Shown here in pieces: positions 29,069-39,013 of a stretch of DNA of 64,000 nucleotides. Origin of the DNA: a candidate division FCPU426 bacterium (GTDB lineage Bacteria; Oederibacteriota; Muellerivitia; Muellerivitales; Muellerivitaceae); contig CAVRAL010000004.1 of assembly GCA_963719085.1 (NCBI GenBank), forward strand, positions 354,196-418,195. The letters are read 5' to 3'. Within the stretch, counting starts at the first letter, position 1. Each line of letters begins with the position of its first letter. Under the pieces are notes generated by a model that saw nothing but the letters and a program-made list of their open reading frames with translations, ran no database searches and was not told the origin of the DNA. The position numbers were made by a program, and so were the translations under genes.

Positions 29069-30424
29069 TCAGGCCTTATTATAGTCCATCGCCGGTTTGG
29101 ACGAGTGGCCTTCCCGTGGAAAATCCAAGGTGAAAACCGTGCCTTCGCCCACCCGGCTTTGAACCCCGACCTTCCCGCCATGCTCCTCCACGATCCGCTT
29201 CACAATGGCGAGCCCCAAGCCCGTGCCCCGGCCGAAACTTTTGGTGGAGTAAAAGGGCTCAAATATGCGCCTCAAAACCGCCGGCGCGATCCCTTTGCCG
29301 TTGTCCCGAACGGTAATTTGCAAGGTGCCTCTTTCATCCTGGGCGCTCAAGCGAACCGCTTGATAGCGGAACTTGGACGTCACGGTCACCAACCCGTCCT
29401 CTCCCACCGAATCCACCGCGTTTTCCACCAGGTTTAAAAGGACCTGGAAAATCCCTTCCGGGTAGGCCATTAAAGTCGGGAGCTTGGGATCCAGGTCCAA
29501 GATCAACCGGCCGCCGGCTTTTTTAAGCTTGGGCTCCACGGCCTCGGCCACGGCCCGAATAATTTCGCCTAGATCAACCGGTTTTACCTCGGACAGGCTT
29601 TGGCGGCTGTAGTCTAAAATGCCGCGGACCGTCTTGATGGCTCGGTCCACATATTGTTGGATTTTCAAAAGCGTGCGGTAGGACTTGGTGTGTTTGGGGC
29701 TTTCTTCCATGAGCAGTTCCAAGTTGCCCGAAATCAATCCCAAGGGTGTGTTAACCCCATGGGCGATGCGGCCGGTCAATTCCCCTAGTTGGATCAATCT
29801 CCGTTTTTGCTCCAAATGTCTTTCCCGAATCCTTATTTTTTCCTCACGGCTCCAAACCTGCCGCATCAAAAGGACGCAGACCGCCACCATGAGGAGGGAA
29901 AAAGAAAACCACCGGATGCCTTGCTCCCAGTAAAAGGTCCGCTGCTGGGCGATGGGTTCGGCCTGAATGAGCGCCGCGAAACGGTTCATGTGGGCGGACT
30001 CAAAAAGTTGCGGGATTTTTTCAGTGAAATCGAAATAAAAAGAACCCAAAAATAGTCCGGCGCATAAAGGCAGCACCCCCCAATTCAATTGGGGCGGAAG
30101 CACCAGCACCGCGCTGACCAAAATCAGGAGAAATAACGGAAGGTAATAACTGGCGGGGCCACCCGAAATGCCCACCCAAGCGCTTAAAAAAACACTGTCC
30201 AAAATAAAAACAAAAGGCAAAAGCAAAGCCGCCAGCTGTTTGGACCGGCCCAAAAGCGCGAAAAGCAAACTGAAGATTGCGGCCACTAAAAGGATAAAAC
30301 AACCCGCGGCGGCCTGAATGCCGGTTTCCACGGAAAACAGCAGGACTCCCAGCAGAATAATGCAGAGGGTCCGGGTGCGGATCAGGGATTGATAAACCTG
30401 GTGGTAGGTTTCTAAGGAAGCCAT
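29069..30424 (-). CDS. membrane sensor histidine kinase
   Basis: 451 aa. ~6 N-terminal TM helices, HisKA H-box (IAHGVNTPLGLISGNLELL), HATPase_c G-boxes (RDNGKGI, GTGLGLAIV). Confidence 0.8.
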   Translation of the reverse strand: MASLETYHQVYQSLIRTRTLCIILLGVLLFSVETGIQAAAGCFILLVAAIFSLLFALLGRSKQLAALLLPFVFILDSVFLSAWVGISGGPASYYLPLFLLILVSAVLVLPPQLNWGVLPLCAGLFLGSFYFDFTEKIPQLFESAHMNRFAALIQAEPIAQQRTFYWEQGIRWFSFSLLMVAVCVLLMRQVWSREEKIRIRERHLEQKRRLIQLGELTGRIAHGVNTPLGLISGNLELLMEESPKHTKSYRTLLKIQQYVDRAIKTVRGILDYSRQSLSEVKPVDLGEIIRAVAEAVEPKLKKAGGRLILDLDPKLPTLMAYPEGIFQVLLNLVENAVDSVGEDGLVTVTSKFRYQAVRLSAQDERGTLQITVRDNGKGIAPAVLRRIFEPFYSTKSFGRGTGLGLAIVKRIVEEHGGKVGVQSRVGEGTVFTLDFPREGHSSKPAMDYNKA

Positions 30425-30460
30425 AGCCCCTCGCTTGGGTGAAGAACTTTTTTTAAAATC

Positions 30461-30781
30461 TTACCGAAGGCTATCGTCGATCCATTTCAAATAGGCGGGG
30501 CTCCCCAGTTCCACCGGCAAGGCCATAATTTCACAAACTTCATAGGGATGATTTTCACGGATTGTCTTGGAAAGCTTGGCCCATTGGGACTTTTGGCTTT
30601 TGATGATCAAAAGCTCTTCTCGGGCTTTTTCGACCTTTCCCTTCCACCAGTAAAGACTGCGCGCTCCCGGCAATCGGGTGACGCAAGCCGCCAATTTCCG
30701 CCCCACTAAAAGCTTCGCCAATTTTTCGCTGGCCGCTCGGTTAGGCGTGGTGACTAAAACCAGAATTGCCTTCGATTTCAC
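30461..30781 (-). CDS. cutA: divalent-cation tolerance protein CutA
   Basis: 106 aa. PII-like fold, conserved ...SLYWWKGKVE...E... CutA1 pattern. Confidence 0.75.
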   Translation of the reverse strand: MKSKAILVLVTTPNRAASEKLAKLLVGRKLAACVTRLPGARSLYWWKGKVEKAREELLIIKSQKSQWAKLSKTIRENHPYEVCEIMALPVELGSPAYLKWIDDSLR

Positions 30782-32005
30782 TTAGTTTCCCGAATCCGGA
30801 TTCAGATCGTACTGTTTTTCACCCTCCGCCGTTTTCGTGACTTTCATCGGCGCGGCAGCCGCGACTTGCTCGCGGCTGCCTGGAAGCGCGAAGACCTTCA
30901 TCCCATCCGCCACGTCCACCATTTCCGCCAAGCGGTTTTTAGTCAGAATTTCCAGCCGACGGGCGATTGAGATCATATCCAGACCCATGAAAGCTTGAAG
31001 ATCGGAATTGGAAGCCACCGCCCGACCGGATTTGGCCAGGAAATAAAGAAGCTTTTTACAGACCAGGTCCAGTTTTAAATGCTCATTGACCGCCTCAAAA
31101 AGATCTTGGAACTCTACCCGCTCGCCCCGGCGCGTGAACCCCCGGTACATGCCCTCGGAGAGTAAAAAAAGAAACCGCCGGGGGTTTCCATCCGACAGCG
31201 CCAAGCTCAAGGTAAGCGCCTCCGGCTCTAAAAAACTTTCGGCGCCGCCTTTAAACCCCGCCTGTTGAAGCCGCAGGTTGAGCAATTGCCGCAATTGATC
31301 CCCGCTGAAACGCTCGACCAGGACGATATTTTTAAATAATCCCAAAACCGTCGGCTCGGCTCCTTCTTTCACCACCAGCCCCACCTTGGCGTAAAACTCC
31401 TCTTGGAGCGAAATAGCGAAGCCGAAATTGGGAAGTTCCAATAAAGGTTTGAGCTCTTCCAGTAATTGGAGGGTGCGTTCCGAGCGGGTCAAATGCTGAA
31501 CCCGGTCTCCCTTGATCTTTTCCAGATCGTCCACAAAAACCAGAAACGGCTTTTTCGAACGAGCGGCGATGGATTTAATCAACGAAAGAAGCGTGTTTTT
31601 GGAGAGGGATTCCTCTTCCACCCGGCGGCTGATTTCTTTCAAATTCAAGCCCGGCACCTTGGGAACCTGAACCAAAATTTCCCTTAAAAGCTCCGAGAGA
31701 AAATAACGGGCATCGTCCAAAGGAACGCCGATGCTGATGCGGTGGTAGGAAGAAGGAACCTGGTTTTGAAGCACCTGCAGAAGGCTGCTTTTGCCCATGC
31801 CCGGCTCCCCGGCCACGCCCACATTGCCCAGGGAAAAAAGCGCGGAGCTAAGCCGGTCGATCAAGGCTTCCCGGCCCATGAAATAATCCAAATTGTGTTT
31901 TTGAAGCGCCAGGGTGGTAAAGGGATCAACTCTGAGGCCAAAATGCCGATAAGCGGTCGCAGGCCCCTTTGAGACTCGGGAAATTGTTTTTGTCTTTTTC
32001 TTCAC
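30782..32005 (-). CDS. ExeA/GspA-like AAA+ ATPase
   Basis: 407 aa. N-terminal YRHFGL..DPF...LDYFMGREAL..L...L...G..GVAGEPGMGKSSLL matches the ExeA-family N-terminus as recalled; Walker B FVDDLE. Confidence 0.55.
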   Translation of the reverse strand: MKKKTKTISRVSKGPATAYRHFGLRVDPFTTLALQKHNLDYFMGREALIDRLSSALFSLGNVGVAGEPGMGKSSLLQVLQNQVPSSYHRISIGVPLDDARYFLSELLREILVQVPKVPGLNLKEISRRVEEESLSKNTLLSLIKSIAARSKKPFLVFVDDLEKIKGDRVQHLTRSERTLQLLEELKPLLELPNFGFAISLQEEFYAKVGLVVKEGAEPTVLGLFKNIVLVERFSGDQLRQLLNLRLQQAGFKGGAESFLEPEALTLSLALSDGNPRRFLFLLSEGMYRGFTRRGERVEFQDLFEAVNEHLKLDLVCKKLLYFLAKSGRAVASNSDLQAFMGLDMISIARRLEILTKNRLAEMVDVADGMKVFALPGSREQVAAAAPMKVTKTAEGEKQYDLNPDSGN

Positions 32006-32023
32006 GTGCCGCTCCTTAAGGAA

Positions 32024-33061
32024 TCAACGTCCCAGGGACATCTTTTCCCCGACCACGGCGAAAGGTTTTTGGAAACCCGATTTGCCCTTGACCTCGACCG
32101 GGGGCAGGGCCTGGAGCTCAAAATATTTTTCCGCGGCCTGGGCCATTTCCTCGTTCACCAATACCTGGCCATGCTTAGCGATGCCGCAAAAGCGGGACGC
32201 CAAATTAACCGTATCGCCGATCAGGGTAAATTCCATCCGGGCGGCGGATCCCAGGTTGCCCACAATAGCCTCGCCCGCCGTGATGCCGATGCCCAATCCG
32301 ATGGAGATAGGCTTGCTGTAACCGACGGCAAAACCCCGGTTGAGGGCCTCGAAACGTTCCTGCATGCCGAGCGCGGTGCGCAGCACCTTCGCGGCGGCCT
32401 CGCCCTCATTGCCATAGGGCCGGTGGAAAAAAGCCAGGATGGCGTCCCCGATGTACTTGTTAATGTCCCCGCCATTTTTTCGGATGACTTCTTCCATGGC
32501 CGTGAACATCTCATTGAGGATATCCACCGTCTCGTCGGGCCGGATCGTTTCGGTCATTTTGGTAAAACCCCGGACGTCGGAAAAAAGCACGTAAACCCGC
32601 TTGAGCTCGCCGCCCAATTCAGACTTGGCCGCCATCTTGGCGGCCTGGTCGGTGACTTTGGTTCCCACGTATTTTTCCAGGACTTGGTTGGCCTCCAATA
32701 ATTTGGCCGAAACCGAGGAATAACCTTGCCCTACCTGGTTCATCAGCTTGATTTGCTGGGACTTAAGCTCCCAAGGCGCCAAACTTTTGAACGGCTGATA
32801 ATGGAAGGGAAGGATTTGTTTTTCGAGGAGAAAATTTTGGAACTCCAACAACCATCCGGCTTTTTGGCGCCAGGCGGTAAAAAACCAAAAAAAAGATAAA
32901 AAACCGAAGGTCAAAAGACCCATCGGCACGGGCAGGTTCCCGTCGCTGGACAGCGCCGCCACGGACACCCCCGCCCCAATACTCAAAAGTAAAAGCAGGG
33001 AAACGCGCAGAATCAATTCTTTAACTGATCCTATAAATTTATCTTGGGAGCTGGCTGGCAT
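32024..33061 (-). CDS. membrane-anchored class III adenylate/guanylate cyclase
   Basis: 345 aa. Two N-terminal TM helices, then CHD domain (VLFSDVRGFT...KYIGDAI...VGNLGS...TLIGDTVNLASR). Confidence 0.8.
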   Translation of the reverse strand: MPASSQDKFIGSVKELILRVSLLLLLSIGAGVSVAALSSDGNLPVPMGLLTFGFLSFFWFFTAWRQKAGWLLEFQNFLLEKQILPFHYQPFKSLAPWELKSQQIKLMNQVGQGYSSVSAKLLEANQVLEKYVGTKVTDQAAKMAAKSELGGELKRVYVLFSDVRGFTKMTETIRPDETVDILNEMFTAMEEVIRKNGGDINKYIGDAILAFFHRPYGNEGEAAAKVLRTALGMQERFEALNRGFAVGYSKPISIGLGIGITAGEAIVGNLGSAARMEFTLIGDTVNLASRFCGIAKHGQVLVNEEMAQAAEKYFELQALPPVEVKGKSGFQKPFAVVGEKMSLGR

Positions 33062-33082
33062 AAAAAACCTTTCCGCGGATCG

Positions 33083-34513
33083 CTAGACGTTTGTCAGTTC
33101 TTCCCCCGCTTGGCGCAATTTGACCAGCCCTTCCGGGCTATGGGATTCCATGTAGCAGCGCATCAAGGGTTCGGTGCCGGAAAAACGGACCATGAGCCAA
33201 TCGTCATTTTCCAGAATAAACTGGGTTCCGTCCTTGGCCACCACCTGCTTGACCTTTTGCCCGGCGATCTCCGAGGGTGGATGGTCCTTGAGCTTGGCCG
33301 TCATGACTTCTTTCAACCCTTCTTTGAGCTTAATGTTCAAGCGGTCCCCGTAAATGGGGCCGTATTCCTGATAAAGATTCTTCAAGATGCCCGCGAAAGT
33401 ACGGCCTTCCTGGGCCATGACCTCCACCATCAGCAAATTCGCCAGGATGCCGTCCTTCTCGGGGACATGGCCATGGACGGTCAAGCCTCCCGATTCCTCG
33501 CCGCCGATGAGGATGGGTTCCCGTCCCATGATTTCGGCGATGTACTTGAAACCCACGGGCGTTTCCCGCAAGGGGACATTGTGCTTTTTCGCGATCGTGT
33601 CGATTAAATGCGTGGTGGGGACCGTGCGCACCACCGCGCCTTTCCAAGGCCGGGTTTTAATCAGGTGTTCCAAAAGGATGCAAAGCACTTCGTTCGGGGT
33701 GATGTAGGTGCCGTCCGAATCGAGTATTCCAAAACGGTCCGCGTCCCCGTCATTGGCCAGCCCCAAGTGCGCGGGCCAAGCCTTCACCTGTTGGATGGCC
33801 TCGGTCAATTCTGAAGCTCCCGGTTCGGGATGGTGGCCCGCCCCCCCGAAAAAAGGATCCCGGTTCGCGTGGAGCACTTTGACATTGACTCCCGATTCTT
33901 GGAGCAATTGATCGATATAGCCGGAACCGTTGCCGTGCATCAGGTCGAGCACGACCTTCAAGCGGCCCTTTCGGATGACATCGAATTGAACCAGTTCGCG
34001 GAGCCGGGCGAAATAAGCTTCCTTCGGGTCAATGGGAATGACCAACCCCTTGGCGTCAGCCTGTTCGTAAGATATCTCAGGGATGGGCCCGCCCTTTTGG
34101 GCCAGCGTGGCCGCCAAGGTTTCCAATTCCAGCGTCACTTGGACGGGCGCGGGTCCGCCGTCGGCGCCGTTGAATTTGAGCCCCTGATAGGCGTAGGGGT
34201 TGTGGCTGGCGGTGAAATTGATTGATCCCGCCGTTTGGCGGCGGATCAGCTCGTAGGAAACCGTCGGTGTGGGCGTGCCCACGGGGCATACATAAGAGAC
34301 GATGCCATGTCCGGCCAAGACCTGAATGGTCGCCTTCATGAACTCCTCGGAAAGAAACCGGTAATCCCCCGCCACCAAAAGGCCCTTGGACGTTTGGTTG
34401 GTTTTTTGAAGGTGTTGGGCGATGGCCGCCACGGCGATCTTGACGTTGGCGAAGGTAAAATCCTCCGCGATAATCGCCCGCCAGCCTGAAGTGCCAAACG
34501 TTATCTTATTCAA
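33083..34513 (-). CDS. phosphoglucomutase/phosphomannomutase-family enzyme
   Basis: Conserved N-terminus KITFGTSGWR, active-site serine loop FTASHNPYAYQGLKF, metal loop. The start is ambiguous: TTG at 34513 (MNKITFG...) or the ORF-track TTG at 34552. Confidence 0.8.
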   Translation of the reverse strand: MNKITFGTSGWRAIIAEDFTFANVKIAVAAIAQHLQKTNQTSKGLLVAGDYRFLSEEFMKATIQVLAGHGIVSYVCPVGTPTPTVSYELIRRQTAGSINFTASHNPYAYQGLKFNGADGGPAPVQVTLELETLAATLAQKGGPIPEISYEQADAKGLVIPIDPKEAYFARLRELVQFDVIRKGRLKVVLDLMHGNGSGYIDQLLQESGVNVKVLHANRDPFFGGAGHHPEPGASELTEAIQQVKAWPAHLGLANDGDADRFGILDSDGTYITPNEVLCILLEHLIKTRPWKGAVVRTVPTTHLIDTIAKKHNVPLRETPVGFKYIAEIMGREPILIGGEESGGLTVHGHVPEKDGILANLLMVEVMAQEGRTFAGILKNLYQEYGPIYGDRLNIKLKEGLKEVMTAKLKDHPPSEIAGQKVKQVVAKDGTQFILENDDWLMVRFSGTEPLMRCYMESHSPEGLVKLRQAGEELTNV

Positions 34514-34628
34514 AGGACACCTCGAAACCGAAAAAGTTGAATAAACGATCAAGTGTTAGTCCCGCGCGACTTGGGTGAGCTTGCGAACCCTGCGCGGGGC
34601 CTGAAGTGCCAAACGTTATCTTACTCAT
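34506..34628 (-). CDS. possible 40-aa leader mini-ORF that duplicates the pgm N-terminus (MSKITFGTSG...)
   Basis: aggag RBS 9 nt upstream of the ATG at 34628. First 10 codons come from a 26-bp direct repeat of the pgm 5' end. Its TAA stop overlaps the TTG/AAT/AAG start region of pgm. Confidence 0.3.
   Translation of the reverse strand: MSKITFGTSGPAQGSQAHPSRAGLTLDRLFNFFGFEVSFE
34561..34598. other. GC-rich palindrome (cccgcgcgac...ctgcgcggg) between the two copies of the 26-bp pgm-start repeat
   Basis: 8-bp perfect stem plus extensions; related in form to the palindrome at 14196-14229. Confidence 0.5.
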
Positions 34629-34727
34629 TTTCAAAAATCTCCTAGTTTGCGGATATGAAAAATTCTTTCGGATGCCGCGCGATTAATCGGGATGTGAAAA
34701 AAGAAGGTCCGCCGCCGGAAGTTAGGA

Positions 34728-37229
34728 TCAGCCCTGCCATTTCTTGATCTTGTCCACGTAAGTGGCGACCAAGTCCTTGGCTTGTTTCTCGTTCTCGGCT
34801 TCCGCCGTCACATGGAAGATCGCCCGATCGGCGTCCGGTAAAATCATGACCGTCGAGCCGTTTTTGCTGATTTTGATGCCGTCGATCAATTCCCGTTTCT
34901 CATGGGCCGTGTCCTCAATCAAGTGGCGCATGATGGTGCCCTTCATTTCCCAGGAGCAGGGCACGGTTTGGGACAGAGCCATATTTTGGGGGATCGTCTT
35001 CAGGAACTCCGAGACCGGCTTTCCTTCCCGCGCGATGAATTCCATGATTTTAGCCGTGGACATCATGGCGTCCATGAAGGGCGCGAATTGCGGGAAGATG
35101 AAGCCGCCGTCGGGCTCGCCGACGAAAGCCACGTCCTTTTGGGTGGCCGCTTCCATGAGCGAATAATAATTGATACGGGTGCGGTGAATCGTGCCGTGGT
35201 TGGCCTTGGCCAATTCGTCCAGTTTGTGCGAGCTATTGACCGGCACCACCACCTTGGCCCCCTTCTTTTGGTTGAAGGCGTAAAGACTCAGCAAGGCCAA
35301 AAGCTCGGTTCCGGTGAGCAAATGCCCTTTCTCATCAACGAGGAAAATCTTCTCGGCGCCGGCGTCAAACAACACGCCGAAATTGGCCTTCAAGGTCGGC
35401 ACGATATCGGACAATTGCTGCAGGGCCGCCTGAAATTGCTCCGGCGTCTTGGTGAGTTTGGTCTCATCCATATAGGCGTTCAAGGCCACCACTTCGCAGC
35501 CCAGCTTGCCCAAGAGCGAGGGGAAAATAGGCGCGGCGGCGGAAAAAGCGTAGTCAATGACCACTTTCAGCCGCCGCTCCGCGATGGCCTTGGTGTCGAG
35601 GGCGTCCAAAAAGCCCTGGTGATAATATTCCAAAACCCGGTGCGGAAAATTAAGCTCGCCGGTTTCTTCCATGGTGGCCCGCCGGAAATCTTCCCGGTAA
35701 AACCAATTCTCAATTCCCTTTTCCTTGGCGGACGACAGGGCCAAACCCCGGCCGTCAAAAAACTTGATATCGACGAATTGGGGATCAAAGGGGCTTTTGC
35801 GGGTATGAAGGCCCCCCGCGTCGGCGAGTTTAGGCACGGCGTAGCGCGCCACCGAGATGGGCATGTCCTGCAGGTCATGCACATTGACGCCCGAGGATAA
35901 AATGCCGGAAATGAGCGCCCGGTTGATCATGCGGCTGGTTTTGTGGATGTCGCGGGCCGTCAAGATGGTGGAACCCTTGGGCAAGGAAGCGCCGTACGCG
36001 GCGCCGAGCTTGCTGGCGAACTCGGGAGTGATGTCGATGCCCGACATGCCGGTGACACCGTGCTGTCCGAAAATCGACCGGGCCCATTTGTCGCCCCAAA
36101 CCAGCGACGTGGAAAGATGCGCGCCGTCCTCGACCACCTTGTTGGGCCAAACCTTGACGCCGGCCTTGATGACCGATTCTTTCCCGATGGTGCAGTTGTC
36201 GGAGATGATCACGCCCTCGAAGATGGCGGCTTTTTCCTGCACATCGGTGCCGGAAGCGATCACGCACTCGCGCGCCTGCACGCCCGCGCCGATGGCCACG
36301 TTGCGCCACAAGATGACGTTAGTTAAAACCGCGTCCTCATCCACGTGGCAGTCGTCGCCCAGCACGCTGTTGGAAATTTCGGCGTTCTTGCCGATGTGGC
36401 AATTACGGCCCAAAACCACCGCGCCGGTGAGCTTCGCCGTCGAGTCGATGGTGGTTCCTTCGCCAGCCCAAATTTCTTTTCCGATTTTGTTCAGGCGCGA
36501 CCCGGGAATTTTGACGTCCACCTGGCCCGCGAAAACATCCTGATGGGACCAACGGTACTGATCCAGGTTCCCGATGTCTTTCCAATAACCCTGGGCGATA
36601 TAGCCGAACAGCGGAAGTTTTTCCCGGAGCATCAGGGGAAAAAGATCCTTGGAAAAGTCGAACTCGGTTTTCTCGGGGATGAGGTCCAATACGTCCGCGT
36701 CCAAAATATAAATACCCGTGTTCACGGTATCGGAGAAAACCTCGCCCCAGGTGGGTTTTTCTAAAAAGCGCTCAATCCGCCCAGCCTTATCCGTGATGAC
36801 CACGCCGAAAGCCAAGGGATTTTCCACCCGGGTCAGGATCATGGTGGCCTTCGCCTTGTTTTCCTCGTGGAACTTAATGGCGGCGGTCAGGTCAAAATCC
36901 GTGAGCACGTCGCCTGAGATAACGACAAAGCGTTCTTTGCCGATCATGGATTGGCAGTTCTTCACCGAGCCGGCCGTGCCCAGGTCGCTTTCGGCGGCTT
37001 TATACTTCATTTGAACGTCAAACTGGGTCCCATCCTGAAAATACTCGGCGATGACCTCGGGTTGGTAAAAGACCACGCTGGTGATGTCGGTGATTTTATG
37101 TTTCTTGAGAAGATCAACGATGATCTCCATGATCGGACGGTTCACCATGGGAATCATCGGTTTGGGCAGATTGATGGTTAAAGGCCGCATACGGGTTCCG
37201 AAACCGCCCGCCATAATGACAGCTTTCAT
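34728..37229 (-). CDS. bifunctional sugar-1-phosphate nucleotidyltransferase / phosphohexomutase
   Basis: 833 aa. N-terminal NTP-transferase (MKAVIMAGGFGTRMRPLT), left-handed beta-helix hexapeptide repeats, C-terminal alpha-D-phosphohexomutase domains. Confidence 0.8.
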   Translation of the reverse strand: MKAVIMAGGFGTRMRPLTINLPKPMIPMVNRPIMEIIVDLLKKHKITDITSVVFYQPEVIAEYFQDGTQFDVQMKYKAAESDLGTAGSVKNCQSMIGKERFVVISGDVLTDFDLTAAIKFHEENKAKATMILTRVENPLAFGVVITDKAGRIERFLEKPTWGEVFSDTVNTGIYILDADVLDLIPEKTEFDFSKDLFPLMLREKLPLFGYIAQGYWKDIGNLDQYRWSHQDVFAGQVDVKIPGSRLNKIGKEIWAGEGTTIDSTAKLTGAVVLGRNCHIGKNAEISNSVLGDDCHVDEDAVLTNVILWRNVAIGAGVQARECVIASGTDVQEKAAIFEGVIISDNCTIGKESVIKAGVKVWPNKVVEDGAHLSTSLVWGDKWARSIFGQHGVTGMSGIDITPEFASKLGAAYGASLPKGSTILTARDIHKTSRMINRALISGILSSGVNVHDLQDMPISVARYAVPKLADAGGLHTRKSPFDPQFVDIKFFDGRGLALSSAKEKGIENWFYREDFRRATMEETGELNFPHRVLEYYHQGFLDALDTKAIAERRLKVVIDYAFSAAAPIFPSLLGKLGCEVVALNAYMDETKLTKTPEQFQAALQQLSDIVPTLKANFGVLFDAGAEKIFLVDEKGHLLTGTELLALLSLYAFNQKKGAKVVVPVNSSHKLDELAKANHGTIHRTRINYYSLMEAATQKDVAFVGEPDGGFIFPQFAPFMDAMMSTAKIMEFIAREGKPVSEFLKTIPQNMALSQTVPCSWEMKGTIMRHLIEDTAHEKRELIDGIKISKNGSTVMILPDADRAIFHVTAEAENEKQAKDLVATYVDKIKKWQG

Positions 37230-37433
37230 GGAAACCCCTGGGAGAAGAGAGTGTGACTCGAGCGGGATTATTTTACTGAATTCCTCCTCAAAATAGAACT
37301 TTTCTATTGAAGGGGTCTGGGTAAAATATCGGCTCTTTTACCCGTTTGTAATTTGGGCCCGCGAGCCTTGCAATTTTCCGCCTGAAAATCCATTTTATCC
37401 CCATCCCTTTGACCCGATGGAAGGAGCCTTGTC

Positions 37434-38789
37434 ATGAGTTTTTCCGAACAAGACGTCTTGAACGCCCTAAAAGCGGTGAAAGACCCCGATCTGCACCAGG
37501 ACATCGTGTCCCTGGGCTTCATCAAAAACATGGTCCTCGACGGGGGCCGGGTGGACTTTGAGATCGAAATGACCACCCCCGCCTGCCCGGTGAAGGACTC
37601 CTTCCAAGCCCAAGCCGTGGCGGAAGTGAAAAAAATAGTGGGCGTGTCGCAGGTGAACGTCAAGATGACCTCCAATGTCAAACAAGCGCCCACCGGCATC
37701 AAAAACGTCAACATGCCCTCGGTCAAAAACATCATCGCAGTGGCTTCGGGTAAAGGCGGCGTTGGGAAAAGCACCTTGGCCGCCAACCTGTCGCTGGCCC
37801 TGGCCAAATCCGGGGCCAAGGTGGGACTGATGGACGCCGATGTGTACGGCCCCTCGATTCCCCGCATGCTCGGCGTCATCAACCGCCAGCCGGACCAGGA
37901 TCCGGTCTCGAAAAAAATGATTCCTTTTGAGAAACACGGCATCAAATTCATGTCCATCGGAATGCTTCAAGAAAGCGACACGGCGCTCATTTGGCGCGGC
38001 CCCATGGCCAGCAAAATGGTCCAACAATTTTTAGGCGGCGTGGAATGGGGCGAGCTGGATTATCTTTTAATCGACCTGCCCCCGGGCACGGGCGACATTC
38101 AATTAACCCTCACCCAGTCGGTCCCTTTGGCGGGCGCGGTCATCGTGACGACGCCCCAGGACGTGGCCCGCACGATCACGCAAAAAGGGCTTCGTATGTT
38201 TCAAACGGTTCACGTGCCCATCATCGGTATCGTGGAAAATATGAGCGGTTTCGTATGCGGCCATTGCGGCGAAGTGACTTATATTTTTAAACAAGGCGGC
38301 GGCAAAAAGATGGCGGAAGAATTGATGGTGCCGTTCCTGGGCGAGGTGCCCTTGGAACCCGTGATCGCCGAGGACGGCGACGCCGGCGTGCCTTCGGTGG
38401 CGGCCCATCCGGAAGCTTTGTCCGGCAAGGCTTACGACAAGATCGCCATGCAAATGGCGGCCCAACTTTCCATCATCAACAACGCCACCACCAACGTCAC
38501 CAGCCGGCCGCAGACCGTGGACACCCAAGATCCCCAAGTCACCGTCATCACCTGGGACAACGGCAAGGTCGCGCGTTATCCCAACCGGTATTTACGAAGC
38601 CAGTGCCCCTGCGCCCAATGCGTGAACGAGCTCACCGGGGAACGGATGATCACGCTGGATTCGGTGGACCCCGCCGTCCGGCTGGTGGGCGTGGACCCCG
38701 TGGGGCGCTATGCCCTTCATTTTCAGTGGTCCGACGGCCACGGCACCGGCCTTTATTCCTTTAATACCCTTTTAAAACTCGGCGAATAA
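37434..38789 (+). CDS. apbC: Fe-S cluster carrier ATPase ApbC/Mrp with N-terminal DUF59 (MIP18-like) and C-terminal DUF971 domains
   Basis: 451 aa. DUF59 N-term, deviant Walker A (ASGKGGVGKST), CxxC Fe-S motif (GHCGE...), C-terminal DUF971-type Cys cluster (QCPCAQC). Confidence 0.85.
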   Translation: MSFSEQDVLNALKAVKDPDLHQDIVSLGFIKNMVLDGGRVDFEIEMTTPACPVKDSFQAQAVAEVKKIVGVSQVNVKMTSNVKQAPTGIKNVNMPSVKNIIAVASGKGGVGKSTLAANLSLALAKSGAKVGLMDADVYGPSIPRMLGVINRQPDQDPVSKKMIPFEKHGIKFMSIGMLQESDTALIWRGPMASKMVQQFLGGVEWGELDYLLIDLPPGTGDIQLTLTQSVPLAGAVIVTTPQDVARTITQKGLRMFQTVHVPIIGIVENMSGFVCGHCGEVTYIFKQGGGKKMAEELMVPFLGEVPLEPVIAEDGDAGVPSVAAHPEALSGKAYDKIAMQMAAQLSIINNATTNVTSRPQTVDTQDPQVTVITWDNGKVARYPNRYLRSQCPCAQCVNELTGERMITLDSVDPAVRLVGVDPVGRYALHFQWSDGHGTGLYSFNTLLKLGE

Positions 38790-39013
38790 AACCCTCCAGC
38801 CATGACCCTTCGCATTTTCAAGTAGAAGTTGATAATGGTTTTCAATATCATATGTTTCCCCTGGCTTGGCGATGGGACGTTAAAAACAAAATGATCCACG
38901 TCATACAGGCTTTTTAAAAACGGCTTTAAGTTAAACGGCTGGCCCTCTCGGACAACGAAGAAAAGGCGGCGCGAATTTAGGGATTTACCGAATCCTCGAC
39001 GGAAAGGTTTTCC

